Under the pieces are notes generated by a model that saw only the letters and a list, made by a program, of their open reading frames with translations, was not told where the DNA came from and did not search any database. A stretch of 64,000 bases of DNA from Takakia lepidozioides. Its lineage: Eukaryota; Plantae; Bryophyta. The translations under genes were made by a program, and so were the position numbers. Where the stretch lies: NCBI GenBank assembly GCA_030704615.1, contig CM060733.1, forward strand, positions 54,808,001 through 54,872,000, given 5' to 3'. This document shows, piece after piece, positions 25,413 to 35,329 of the stretch. Positions within the stretch are counted from its first letter, which is position 1, and the number at the start of each line of letters is the position of its first letter.

Positions 25413-27885
25413 CTTGATATCAAAGCTTAGAGTTCAGTACGCGATCGTCTTTGTAGGGATCGGCCTCACCATGGGGTCGGGCAAGCCAAAACGAAAGCGG
25501 AACGGCCTGAAAGATGATGATCCTGGTGAGCCCGATGGGGGCGACGTGTCACCGAAGCGGCCATTTGAGGAAGCGATGCATGCTTTTGAAAACGAGGCCG
25601 CTCAAGAACGGGAGGAATCTGAGGAGTCGGAGCCCGAGGAATCTCTGAGAGCTCCGACAAACCAACAGATGTCTCCCATGCCAGCAGCCTTTTGGGAAGG
25701 GTTGTTGGCGCAGTTTGGCGGGACGTTGAAAGACGTGTTGAAAGCGGCTAATGTCACTTCCACTAAGGCAAAGTTTAAGGTGAAGCCTAAGGAACCCGAC
25801 ACCTTCGAGGACGTCCGAAATCGGAAGGCACTCAACACCTGGCTCTTGGAGCTAGAGCAGTACTTCCGGGCGGCCAAGTTGAGTGACGATGATCGGGTGG
25901 AAGTGGCTCCTACCTATTTGAGGGGCTATGCTCAACAATGGTGGCAGAAACGCCTTCACGACCGAGGTCCAAACCCGGAAACCTTGAACTGGAGTGGGTT
26001 CAAGGAACTTATGAAGAGACAGTTTGTGCCCCTCAACGCGTCCTGGCTCGCCCATGACAAGATGAGGAATTTGAAGCAAACGGATGACGTTCGGGGATAT
26101 GTTCAGGCTTTCAATGTGTTGTTGCTCGAAGTCGCAGACATGGCAGAACCAGAAATGGTCTTCAACTTTGTGGCGGGACTGGCCCCATAGGCCAGGCGGA
26201 AGTTGGAGGAGAAGTCACCTAAGACTTTGAACGAGGCAATTGAGAAGGCTGAATGTTTCTCGAATGTCCCTAGGGGCGAAAGACAAGGCCGTACGGAGCT
26301 GAACCACAAGAAGACCCGGCGGGAGGGTGAATCCTTTCGACCGGAAAAGAAGTGGGATAGGCCACGCGGTGACAATGGCACGTGGAAAAATCGAAGGGAG
26401 GGCCTTCGCACGCCAAGACGACACCCGGTGCTCCGAAAGAAAAATCAGGTGCGACGCCTTATGGCAGACAAAAGGTGACCTTCGATGGAGTGTACTTCAA
26501 TTGTGGGGAGCCCGGGCACATGGTCAAGAAGTGCACGAATCCCCGACAATTGAACATGACTCGGGCAACCACGGAGTTGTCCGAAGATTCCATCAGCCGC
26601 TTGGTGGAGGCGGTGGTCGCCAAGACTTGCAAGGTAGGCAACTACTCTTGTGAGTTGTATCAGGAAACTGACGCCTTACGTAAAGGGAGTCAGTTAATGT
26701 TTGTGAGTGGGATAATCTCCGGAACTAACGTGTCGTTGTTGGTGGACACAGGAGCGTCGCACTCCTTCATGACACCGGCAACGCACGGAAGCTGGGACTC
26801 CCGACAAATGATGTGGGGGCCTCTATTGAGGTGCGTTCTGCCAAAAGAGAACCACAATTGGCGACGAGGTTGGCGTTCGATGTTCCTCTTCAACTGGGGA
26901 GTTGGGAGGGACGTGAGAACTTCACCATTTGCGAGATTGATGGAGTGGATCTCATTTTGGGGATAACCTTTTTGAGCAAATCCGGAGCGGTCATAGATGA
27001 AATGTCAAAAGGGTACATCCGGCCGAATAAGTCACCTTACGGAGCCCAGGTGCTATTCGCAGACAATAAGGATGGGACGCTGCGGATGTATGTCAACTAC
27101 AGGGCTCTGAATAAGGTAACTATCAAGAACCGGTACCCTTTGCCAAGAATCGACGATCTATTCGATCGGTTGGCAGGAGTGAAGTATTTCAGCCGGATCG
27201 ATTTGCGCTCCGGCTACCATCAAATCCGAGTGGCGGAAGGAGATGGGAGAAAACCGCGTGCAGGACAAGATATGGTTCGTATGAGTTCTTGGTGATGCCT
27301 TTTGGACTCACCAACGTACCCGCAACCTTTAGCATGCTAATGAACAGCCTTTTCCAGGAGTGGCTGGATGACTTTGTGATCGTGTACATCGACGACATCT
27401 TGGTGTACTCGAAAACAAAGGAAGAGCACCTGGAGCACCTCAAAAGGGTGTTCCAGAAATTGCGGGAAAGGAAGCTGCATGCCAAAGCTTCAAAGTGCGA
27501 ATTCGGGGTCACAAAAGTGGAGTTCTTAGGGCATGTGATTACACAGGATGGGATCAAAATGGATGACTGAAAGGTGAGGGCGATCTTGGACTGGGAACCT
27601 TCGACTTCGGTCCCGGGAGTACGATCCTTCCTAGGACTCGTCTCCTATTACCGAAAGTATATGAGAAATTTCGCCAAGATCGCGGGGCCACTATCAGACC
27701 TTTTGTGTAAATCCAAGGTATGGGTATGGAACACCTTTTGTGGCCAAGCTTTTGCCGAGTTGAAGCAGCGGATGGCGGAAGCTCCAGTCTTGAAAACCCC
27801 GGAGTTCGACCGCCCGTTTGAGATTCATACAGATGCGTCGGACTTCGCGATTGGGGGTGTATTTATGCAAGATGGACGTCCAGTG
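25413..27885 (+). mobile_element. Host Ty3/gypsy (chromovirus-like) gag, protease, RT, RNase H; defective and interrupted by a nested insertion
   Basis: gag PKEPDTF...WLLELEQYF, knuckle remnant, [51 protein letters not shown]; stops and frameshifts; ends at DGRPV (CAGTG 27881-27885). Confidence 0.93.
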
Positions 27886-28612
27886 TGTCGCGCACCTCAC
27901 TTCGGTAAGCTCCCCCTCAAGTCATAGTTACTCGCTTTGATGCGCGCGCCTAACTCCCAACCTGGCCGCCGGGCCAACTTGGAGCTTCGGCTGCTCACCG
28001 GGGCATAATGGTCCCCCTTGGTTCTCCCAACGAACCCTCCACCGATTTGGAACCAGCGGGAATTCCCTTTGGTAGTTGGCAGTCCGGAACAGCTCCCCAC
28101 TCTTTGGTCGCTTTCCGGCTCGCTCGCTTACTCACTAGTTTTTGGTCACCAACGGGCTTGCACCGTTCTCGGGGTTACTACTCCCTTATATATACTTCTG
28201 TAGCTGTCTGCGGGGGTTTCACAACCAGCCATGCCATTTTATGGCGAACCACCACGAAAACCCTCGACTCCCGGTGATGAGTCGCGGTGAGTCTTGGCCC
28301 ACTCACCACGGTCCCTATGGACCGTGATGAGTCCCAAGACTCCCCACGACTCCCACCATGAGGTCTCCGCCCCCATGGTGAGTCCTATGCCACCTCCACT
28401 AAGTCCCGCTAAGCTACCACCACCCCTTGTGGAGCCACCCCCACCGCAACCCGGTGTGCGGGGCTCCACCTAGTGAGCGCCTCCGCTTCCCTGGGTGCCT
28501 TGGGCACTCAAGGGTGCTTCAGCCCCCCATACCTATCGCTGCCGCTGCCCCCACCACAGGGGCAGCCCCTCATGTGTCCCGACCCCCTGCCTCAAGGCAA
28601 ACGGCCGCGACA
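27886..28612 (-). mobile_element. 3' LTR of nested antisense Ty3/gypsy element (LTR2)
   Basis: Reverse complement of the LTR family; purine-rich GGTAGGGGTGTG immediately upstream on the minus strand; near-identical to 51863-52588. Confidence 0.92.
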
Positions 28613-31600
28613 CACACCCCTACCAACAGGGAATCGATGTCCTCATCGACTTGTCCATTTTGTAGAAACGAACATCCAAGTTGTGGTGTCCCACATCAAG
28701 GAGTTTGTTTCCACACCATGGCGTCCCATGGCAAAGAACCAAACCCCACACTTGACTCTACTCTCCACTAGCTAGTTCGGCCGACTTCCTCCAAGTCCCG
28801 GCCAAGGGTGGAGCCTCTCCAGCTCCTCCCAGTGCACTCTTCTTGGCCTACTTCAAGGCCAAGGAACGATCCTCCCCGAGGATCGGATCGCCTTACTGCA
28901 ACAACATTGCTTGCGACCGCTCATGATGCCGGTTTTGGCATCACCTTGAGCAAGGGTTCCCTGGAACCCTCTTTGACTAGAAAGATAACCTTGAACCAAC
29001 CGTGCGCCCCAGTCACTACAATTGGGTCCGCCTTGGAATGCTGGCCTGAGGTACGGGAACACGCCGAAGCCGCACTACGACTTCGTCCCGAGGCTACACG
29101 ATTATAGTACGTGAACGGAAGCACGTAGCTTCCGCGTTAGCCCGCACTACAAGGCAACCCCCTCGGTAGCGCAGTTATAGTACGCGCACGCGCCAGGTGC
29201 GCACTAGCACGTGAACTCCCAAAGAAGGCGCAAGTTTCCTTGCCCCTTAGATGGGGGTCACCCGATTTCGGCACTACGCAAACACACGATTAACCCAATT
29301 TACCTCTCCCACTTTTATAAGCTAGCATGCATTTTACACACTAGCCAACCATACCATGCATCACCATTCCAAACAAAATAGGACGCACAATGTACACCCT
29401 CTGATACGTCCCAGTGTAATACGAGATCAATCGAAAATCGTTCCATTGTCCAATGAGGCGTTCACTTGTCATCTGGTTTTTGTTCAATGCGAAAAAGAAA
29501 TCCTGCAATGCGTGCACGGCTATTGCACCCATTGAACGGTTGTGGTTGAAGCCCCTCTTTTGCCCGCACGTGCTTGAACATGTGTGCGACACATGTGTGG
29601 AGACACAACAGACGAATAAATCATTTGCCTCCCCATCGACGCGCTCCCCCCTCAAGCCATTCCACATTTTTAATTGAATTTAAATTTATTTTAAGCCAAT
29701 AAATAGGTTTGCACTGCCTTTCAGTGGGGGTTTCTGGGCACGTATCGATTTTGTTTTTGGCTCAATTTTGTTCTGCGGCTTCCAGCATCCCACGGCTACT
29801 CCCCCGCCAAAATTTGGACCAATCAAAAATGCCCCCCCAAAAAAGGTGTTCTCTTTTCGCTCACTATTGCAGAACTCTCTATGAAGAGTGCATGAAGTAG
29901 AACACAAATCAAGTTTGGAGTGCAAAACAGGGAAAAAACCGTGGTTTTGGGTCCAAATGAATTTTGACCGCTCCCAAATTTGGCACGCACATTGCATATG
30001 GCTACATTACACGCCCCATTCAAAAACGGAATGAAAAACAAATCGTGAGCACGCGAAACACAGTCCAACAGGTCCCAAAGCAATAGCAGCTCCAACAAAA
30101 TACATTCAACGGGTGAACGGATGGTTGCCCATCCAAATCATTTTTGTTAGCTTCCAAACTTTGCCAGCACGTTCCAGACACCCTCTCACAGGTCCCGGAC
30201 TAATATCAGATCAATCGAAAATTCATTCGGATGGCTCAACGGATGGTTGGCCATCGAAATGATTTTGGTTCGCTTTGAGACTTGGCCACTATGTTCAATG
30301 TGCCATGTAAGAGGCCCCTCGTCCCCATCTTCTTCCAAAGTGCCCTCCAAAATTTACTCGTAAACTTTGGATCGCGGTCCGAGACAATATCCTTCGGGAC
30401 TCCATGATGCTTTAAGACGTGGGCGAAGTAAAGTCGCCCTGTCTCCTGCGCCGTTGCCGTCTCCTTGGTGAGGATGAAATGGCCCATTTTACTGAACCTA
30501 TCCACCACCACCATGATTGCATCAAATACTTTTGACAACGGCATAGCAGTCATGAAATCCATCGAGACGCTTTCCCAAGTCCCCTCTGGAATCGGCAAGG
30601 GTTGTAACAGCCCCGCTTGCTTTTTGTACTCGCTCCGGTTTTGTTGGCATGTGGTGCATGTCTTGACATACTCCTCTGCCTCCTCCCTCAGTTTGGGCCA
30701 GAAATACTCTTTCTTCAAGAGTGCCGCAGTGCGCTTGGCTCCACCGTGGCCCGCAAGCGGGCTATCATAGCATTCTCTCAAGAGGCTGTCTCTGATCCCT
30801 CCCTTCGGCACGTAGAGACGCTTTTGCTTATACCGGAGCAGTCCATTTTGCAAGTGGAACTGCGATTTAACCCCCATCCTCAAGTCCTGCATCACGGACT
30901 TCGCCAGCTCATTCTTCCGGCAAGCCTTCCGGATCTTCCTTTGGAGCGCCGTCTCGCCCTTGTACACCAACAAGAGCTGCTGCTTTCTACTTAAAGCATC
31001 GGCCACCACGTTGTCTCGTCCCGGTTTGTACTGGATATCCAAGTCGAACACCGCCAAAGTATCTTGCCACCTAAGTTGTTTTGGGGACAACTTGGGCTGC
31101 GTGGCAAAATACTTCACCGTGACATTGTCCGTGAACACCTTCACTGGGTTGGAACCAACATAGTGGCGCCAAAGCTCAAGACAGTGCACCACCGCCTTCA
31201 TCTCTTTTTCGTGCGTCGGCCACCGTCGCTCCACTTCATTCAGTTTCTTACTTTCGTAAGCCACTGGACGTTCATCTTGCATAAGTACACCCCCAATCGC
31301 GAAGTCCGACGCATCTGTATGAATCTCAAATGGACGATCGAACTCCGGGATTTTCAAGACTGGAGCTTCCGCCATCCGCTGCTTCAATTCAGCAAAAGCT
31401 TGGCCACAAAATGTGTTCCATACCCAGACTTTGGATTTACACAGAAGGTCCGACAGCGGCCCCGCGATCTTGGCGAAATTTCTCACATACTTCCGGTAAT
31501 AGGAGGCGAGTCCTAGGAAGGATCGCACTCCCGGGACCGAAGTCGGAGGCTCCCAGTCCAAGATCGCCCTCACCTTTCTGTCATCCATTTTGATCCCATC

Positions 31601-33032
31601 TTGTGTAATCACATGCCCCAAGAACTCCACTTTCGTGACCCCGAATTCGCATTTTGAAGCTTTGGCGTACAGCTTCCTTTCCCGCAACTTTTGGAACACC
31701 CTTTTGAGGTGCTCCAGGTGTTCCTCCTTTGTTTTCAAGTACACCAAGATGTCGTCGATGTACACGATCACAAAGTCATCCAACCACTCCTGAAAAAGGC
31801 TGTTCATCAGCGTGCTAAAGGTCGTCGGTGCATTAGTGAGCCCAAAAGCCATCACCAAGAACTCATATGAACCATACCTTGTCCTGCACGCGGTCTTCTC
31901 CTCATCTCCTTCCGCCACCCGAATTTGATGATAGCCGGAGCGCAAGTCGATCCGGCTGAAATACTTCGCTCCTGCCAACCGGTCGAAAAGGTCGTCGATC
32001 TTTGGCAAAGGGTACCGGTTTTTAATAGTCACCTTATTCAAAGCCCTGTAATCGACACACATCCGCAGCGTCCCATCATTCTTGTCTGCGAATAGCACCG
32101 GGGCTCCGTAAGGTGACTTACTCGGCCGGATGTACCCTTTTGACATTAGATCCTTGAGCTAAGTCTTCAGCTCGACCAACTCCCTGTGGCTCAACCGGTA
32201 GGGTGCCTTGGCAGGCGGTTCCGATCCCGGTATCACCTCAATCTTGTGGTCAACTCCTCTTCGCGGTGGCAGGCCGCTTGGTAAATCCTCCGACATCACA
32301 TCTTGGTATTTCTCCAAGATCCCCTTGATCCAATCTGGGCTCGGCTCCCCATCGCCTTCTCCCTTCACTTCTCTAATGTAAAGCAAAAACTGGGGCTCGT
32401 GTGCCTCCTCCACGGCCCACTCCCTTGCTGACAGAAGGTTTATTCGCCCTCCCACGGATTTGGGCGTTTCCGACACTCGTAAAACCTCGCCACCATTCCC
32501 ACATGGCAGCGTGACTACTCTCTTGCGGCCATCTATGACCGCTCCGGATTTGCTCAAAAAGGTCATCCCCAAAATGAGATCCACTCCATCGATCTCGCAG
32601 ATGGTGAAGTTCTCACGTCCCTCGCAACTCCCTAGTTGAAGAGGAACATCAAACGCCAACCTTGTCGCCAACTGTGGTTCTCCTTTGGCAGAACGCACCT
32701 GAATAGAGGCCCCCACGTCACTTGTCGGGAGTCCCAACTTTCGCGCCGCCGCCGGTGTCATGAAGGAGTGCGACGCTCCTGTGTCCACCAACAACGACAC
32801 GTTAGTTCCGGATATTATCCCATCCACGAACAATAACTGACTCCCTTTACGCAGGGCGCCAGTTTCCTGATACAACTCACAAGAATAGTTGCCTACCTTG
32901 CAAGTCCTGGCGACCACAGCTTCCACCAAGCGACTGATGGTATCTTCCGACAGCTCCGTGGTTGCTCGAGTCATGTTCAATTGTCGAGGTTTTGTGCACT
33001 TCTTGGCCATGTGCCCGGGCTCCCCGCAATTT
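28613..33032 (-). mobile_element. Nested Ty3/gypsy internal region: gag end, protease, RT, RNase H, truncated integrase, ~1.7 kb non-coding 3' region
   Basis: ORFs 32159..33274 ([22 protein letters not shown]) and 30236..32146 ([36 protein letters not shown]); integrase homology stops at ~30318. Confidence 0.93.
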
Positions 33033-34590
33033 GAAGGGTTGAAGCCCGACCGGGTCACATTTGTTTGCGTTTGCAATGCGTGTGCGAGCCTGGCAGCCCT
33101 AGAGAAGGGCAAAGAGGTCCATGGTGACATCATCAAAGCTGGAATTGTACCAGATGTCATTCTGAATAATACCCTGGTGGACATGTATGCCAAAGGCGGG
33201 AGCATGGTGGATGCAAAGGGAGTGTTTGACAATATGGCTCGACGAGATGTGGTGTCCTGGAATGTGATGATCACAGGATATTCTCAGCATGGGTGCAGGA
33301 TGGAGGCTTTGGAGACCTATGAGCAAATGATGCGGGAAGGGGTGAAACCCGACCGGGTCATGTTTGTTTGCGTTTGCAATGCTTGTGCGAGCCAGGCAGC
33401 TCTGGAAAAGGGCAAAGAGGTCCACGGTGACATCATCAAAGCGGGGATTGTACCAGATGTCATTCTGAACCCGGCCCTGGTGCACATGTATGCCAAAGGC
33501 AGGAGCATCAAGGATGCAAAGGGAGTGTTCGACAATATGGCCGAACGAGATGTGGCTTCCTGGAATACGATGATCGCAGGATATGCCCAGCTTGGGTACG
33601 GGATGGAGGCTCTGGAGACCTATGAGCAAATGATGCGGGAAGGGGTGAAGCCCGACTGGGTCACATTTGTTTGCGTTTGCAATGCGTGTGCAAGCCTGGC
33701 AGCCCTGGAGAAGGGCAAAGAGGTCCATGGTGACATCATCAAAGCAGGAATTGTACCACACGTCATTCTGAACACTGCCCTGGTGTACATGTATGCCAAA
33801 TGTGGAAGCATCCAGGATGCAAAGGGAGTGTTCGACAATATGTCTGAACGAGATGTGGTGTCCTGGACAACGATGATCGCAGGATATGCACAGAATGGAT
33901 GCAGGATGGAGGCTTTGGAGACTTATGAGCAAATGATGCAGGAAGGGGTGAAGCCAGACCAGGTCACGTTTGTTTGCGCTTGTAATGCATGTGCAAGTCT
34001 GGCAGCCCTGGAAAAGGGCAAAGAGGTCCTGATGACATCATCAAAGCAGGAATTGTACCAGATGTCTTCCTGAACACTGCCCTGGTAGACATGTATGCCA
34101 AATGTGGCAGCATCGAGGATGCAAAGATACTGTTTGACAATATGGCTGAACGAAATGTGGTATCATAGAGTGCAATTATAAGAGGATATGCCCAGCATGG
34201 TTGTCATAGGGAGGCCCTGAAACTATTTGATGCAATGCAAAAGGAAGGCTTGAAGCCAGACAGCATCACCTTTATATGCGTTCTCTCTGCATGCAGCCAT
34301 GTTGGCCTAGTGGATGAAGGAAGGCGCTACTTTGATTCCCTGAGTCAAGATCATGGTGTCACTCCGACAGTAAAGCACTTTGGCTGCATGGTGGACATTC
34401 TTGGACGTGCGGGGCTATTGGATGAGGCAGAGGGCCTCATCAATAAAATGCCAATCAAAGCAGATGCTGTGGTGTGGAAGGCCTTGCTTGGTGCCTGCAG
34501 AATCCATGGCAATGTGGAGATGGCTGAACGCGCAGCAACATCTATTCTCAAGTGGGATGAACAGGATGCCGCGACTTACGTGTTGCTAAC
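33033..34590 (+). pseudogene. PLS-class PPR gene A, 3' portion (PLS triplets, P2L2S2, partial E)
   Basis: 303-bp (101-aa) P-L-S units VVSWNVMITGY/RVTFVCVCNACAS/VILNNTLVDMYAK; FICVLSACSHVG, HFGCMVDILGRAG, WKALLGACRIHGNVE; frameshift ~34029, stop ~34166; ends at TYVLL. Confidence 0.92.
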
Positions 34591-34674
34591 TCTTCTTCAC
34601 GACATCGGTATAATTATCTCTCAGTCTATCTCCATTTGTTTGTCTAAAGGACTCCCCCAAATTTCTTACTATGA

Positions 34675-35210
34675 TGTGTGTGTGAGAACGTACTCATAGA
34701 TGTTGTTTGCCGTAGCCTTGTGGCCATAGATCCCCCATTTGATCGGAAAAAGAGGGAACGGGCACTACCTTTGTGATGGGCTCACTCCAGTAGTGGGACT
34801 TACCTTGATATGAACAGTTAGTTCGGGCTTTCCGGATTTCCTCTAGAAAGCCCTTCACGCATCAATCTGCTACGTGTGCTGCCCAGCAATTGGCAAGGCT
34901 TTGGGCTCAGCCTCGAGATTCTGAAAGTTGCTGAACAGAGGTGCATGGACTATGCTCTTGATGGTCCTGAAGAGGGTCGCCTGTGATAAGCATGTGTTTG
35001 TGTGTGAGAGAGAGAATGTACTCATAAGACGTTGTTAGCCGTAGCCTTGTGGCAATAGAACCCGACCCCAGTTTGAAGGGAACGATACCACCTTTGTGAG
35101 GGGCTCACTCCGGTAGTGGGTCTTACCTTGACATAAACAATGTGTGTGTCTGTGTCAGAATGTACTCATAAGACGTTGTTTGCCACAGCCTTGTGGCCAA
35201 AGGTCCATAG
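34675..35210 (-). mobile_element. Three tandem LINE 3'-tail copies separated by TG/GA microsatellites
   Basis: GTACTCATA..GTTGTT.GCC..AGCCTTGTGGC at ~34690, ~35018, ~35162; homologous to 5977-6250. Confidence 0.8.
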
Positions 35211-35329
35211 TGGGTGCAGCACCGGGACTTCCGGAGAGGTCAACCATCCCAGTACTATTCCGGCCCAAAGGCACTTAACTTCAGAGTTCTGATGGGATTT
35301 GGTGTAGTAGCCTTGGTATCACCACACCA
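35211..35329 (-). pseudogene. Full-length (119 nt) 5S rRNA retrocopy fused to a LINE tail
   Basis: Minus strand TGGTGTGGTGATACCAAGGCTACTACACCAAATCCCATCAGAACTCTGAAGTTAAGTGCCTTTGGGCCGGAATAGTACTGGGATGGTTGACCTCTCCGGAAGTCCCGGTGCTGCACCCA matches bryophyte-type 5S with a few substitutions; single copy, intronic, no oligo-T terminator. Confidence 0.93.

Noticed and set aside
33099-33932. Long antisense ORFs over PPR arrays and gypsy pol
   Set aside because: Shadow frames of repetitive coding sequence with no independent motifs
32889-34073. 394-aa ORF as a Gag-PPR fusion protein
   Set aside because: Its N-terminal part is the antisense strand of gag/pol; it is a by-product of the inversion junction
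33033-34200. CRISPR-like or satellite array
   Set aside because: The 303-bp periodicity is coding PLS triplets; no repeat-spacer structure anywhere in the window
35211-35329. Functional 5S rDNA unit or Cassandra TRIM
   Set aside because: Single intronic copy with substitutions, no T-run terminator, no tandem array, and no LTR, PBS or PPT
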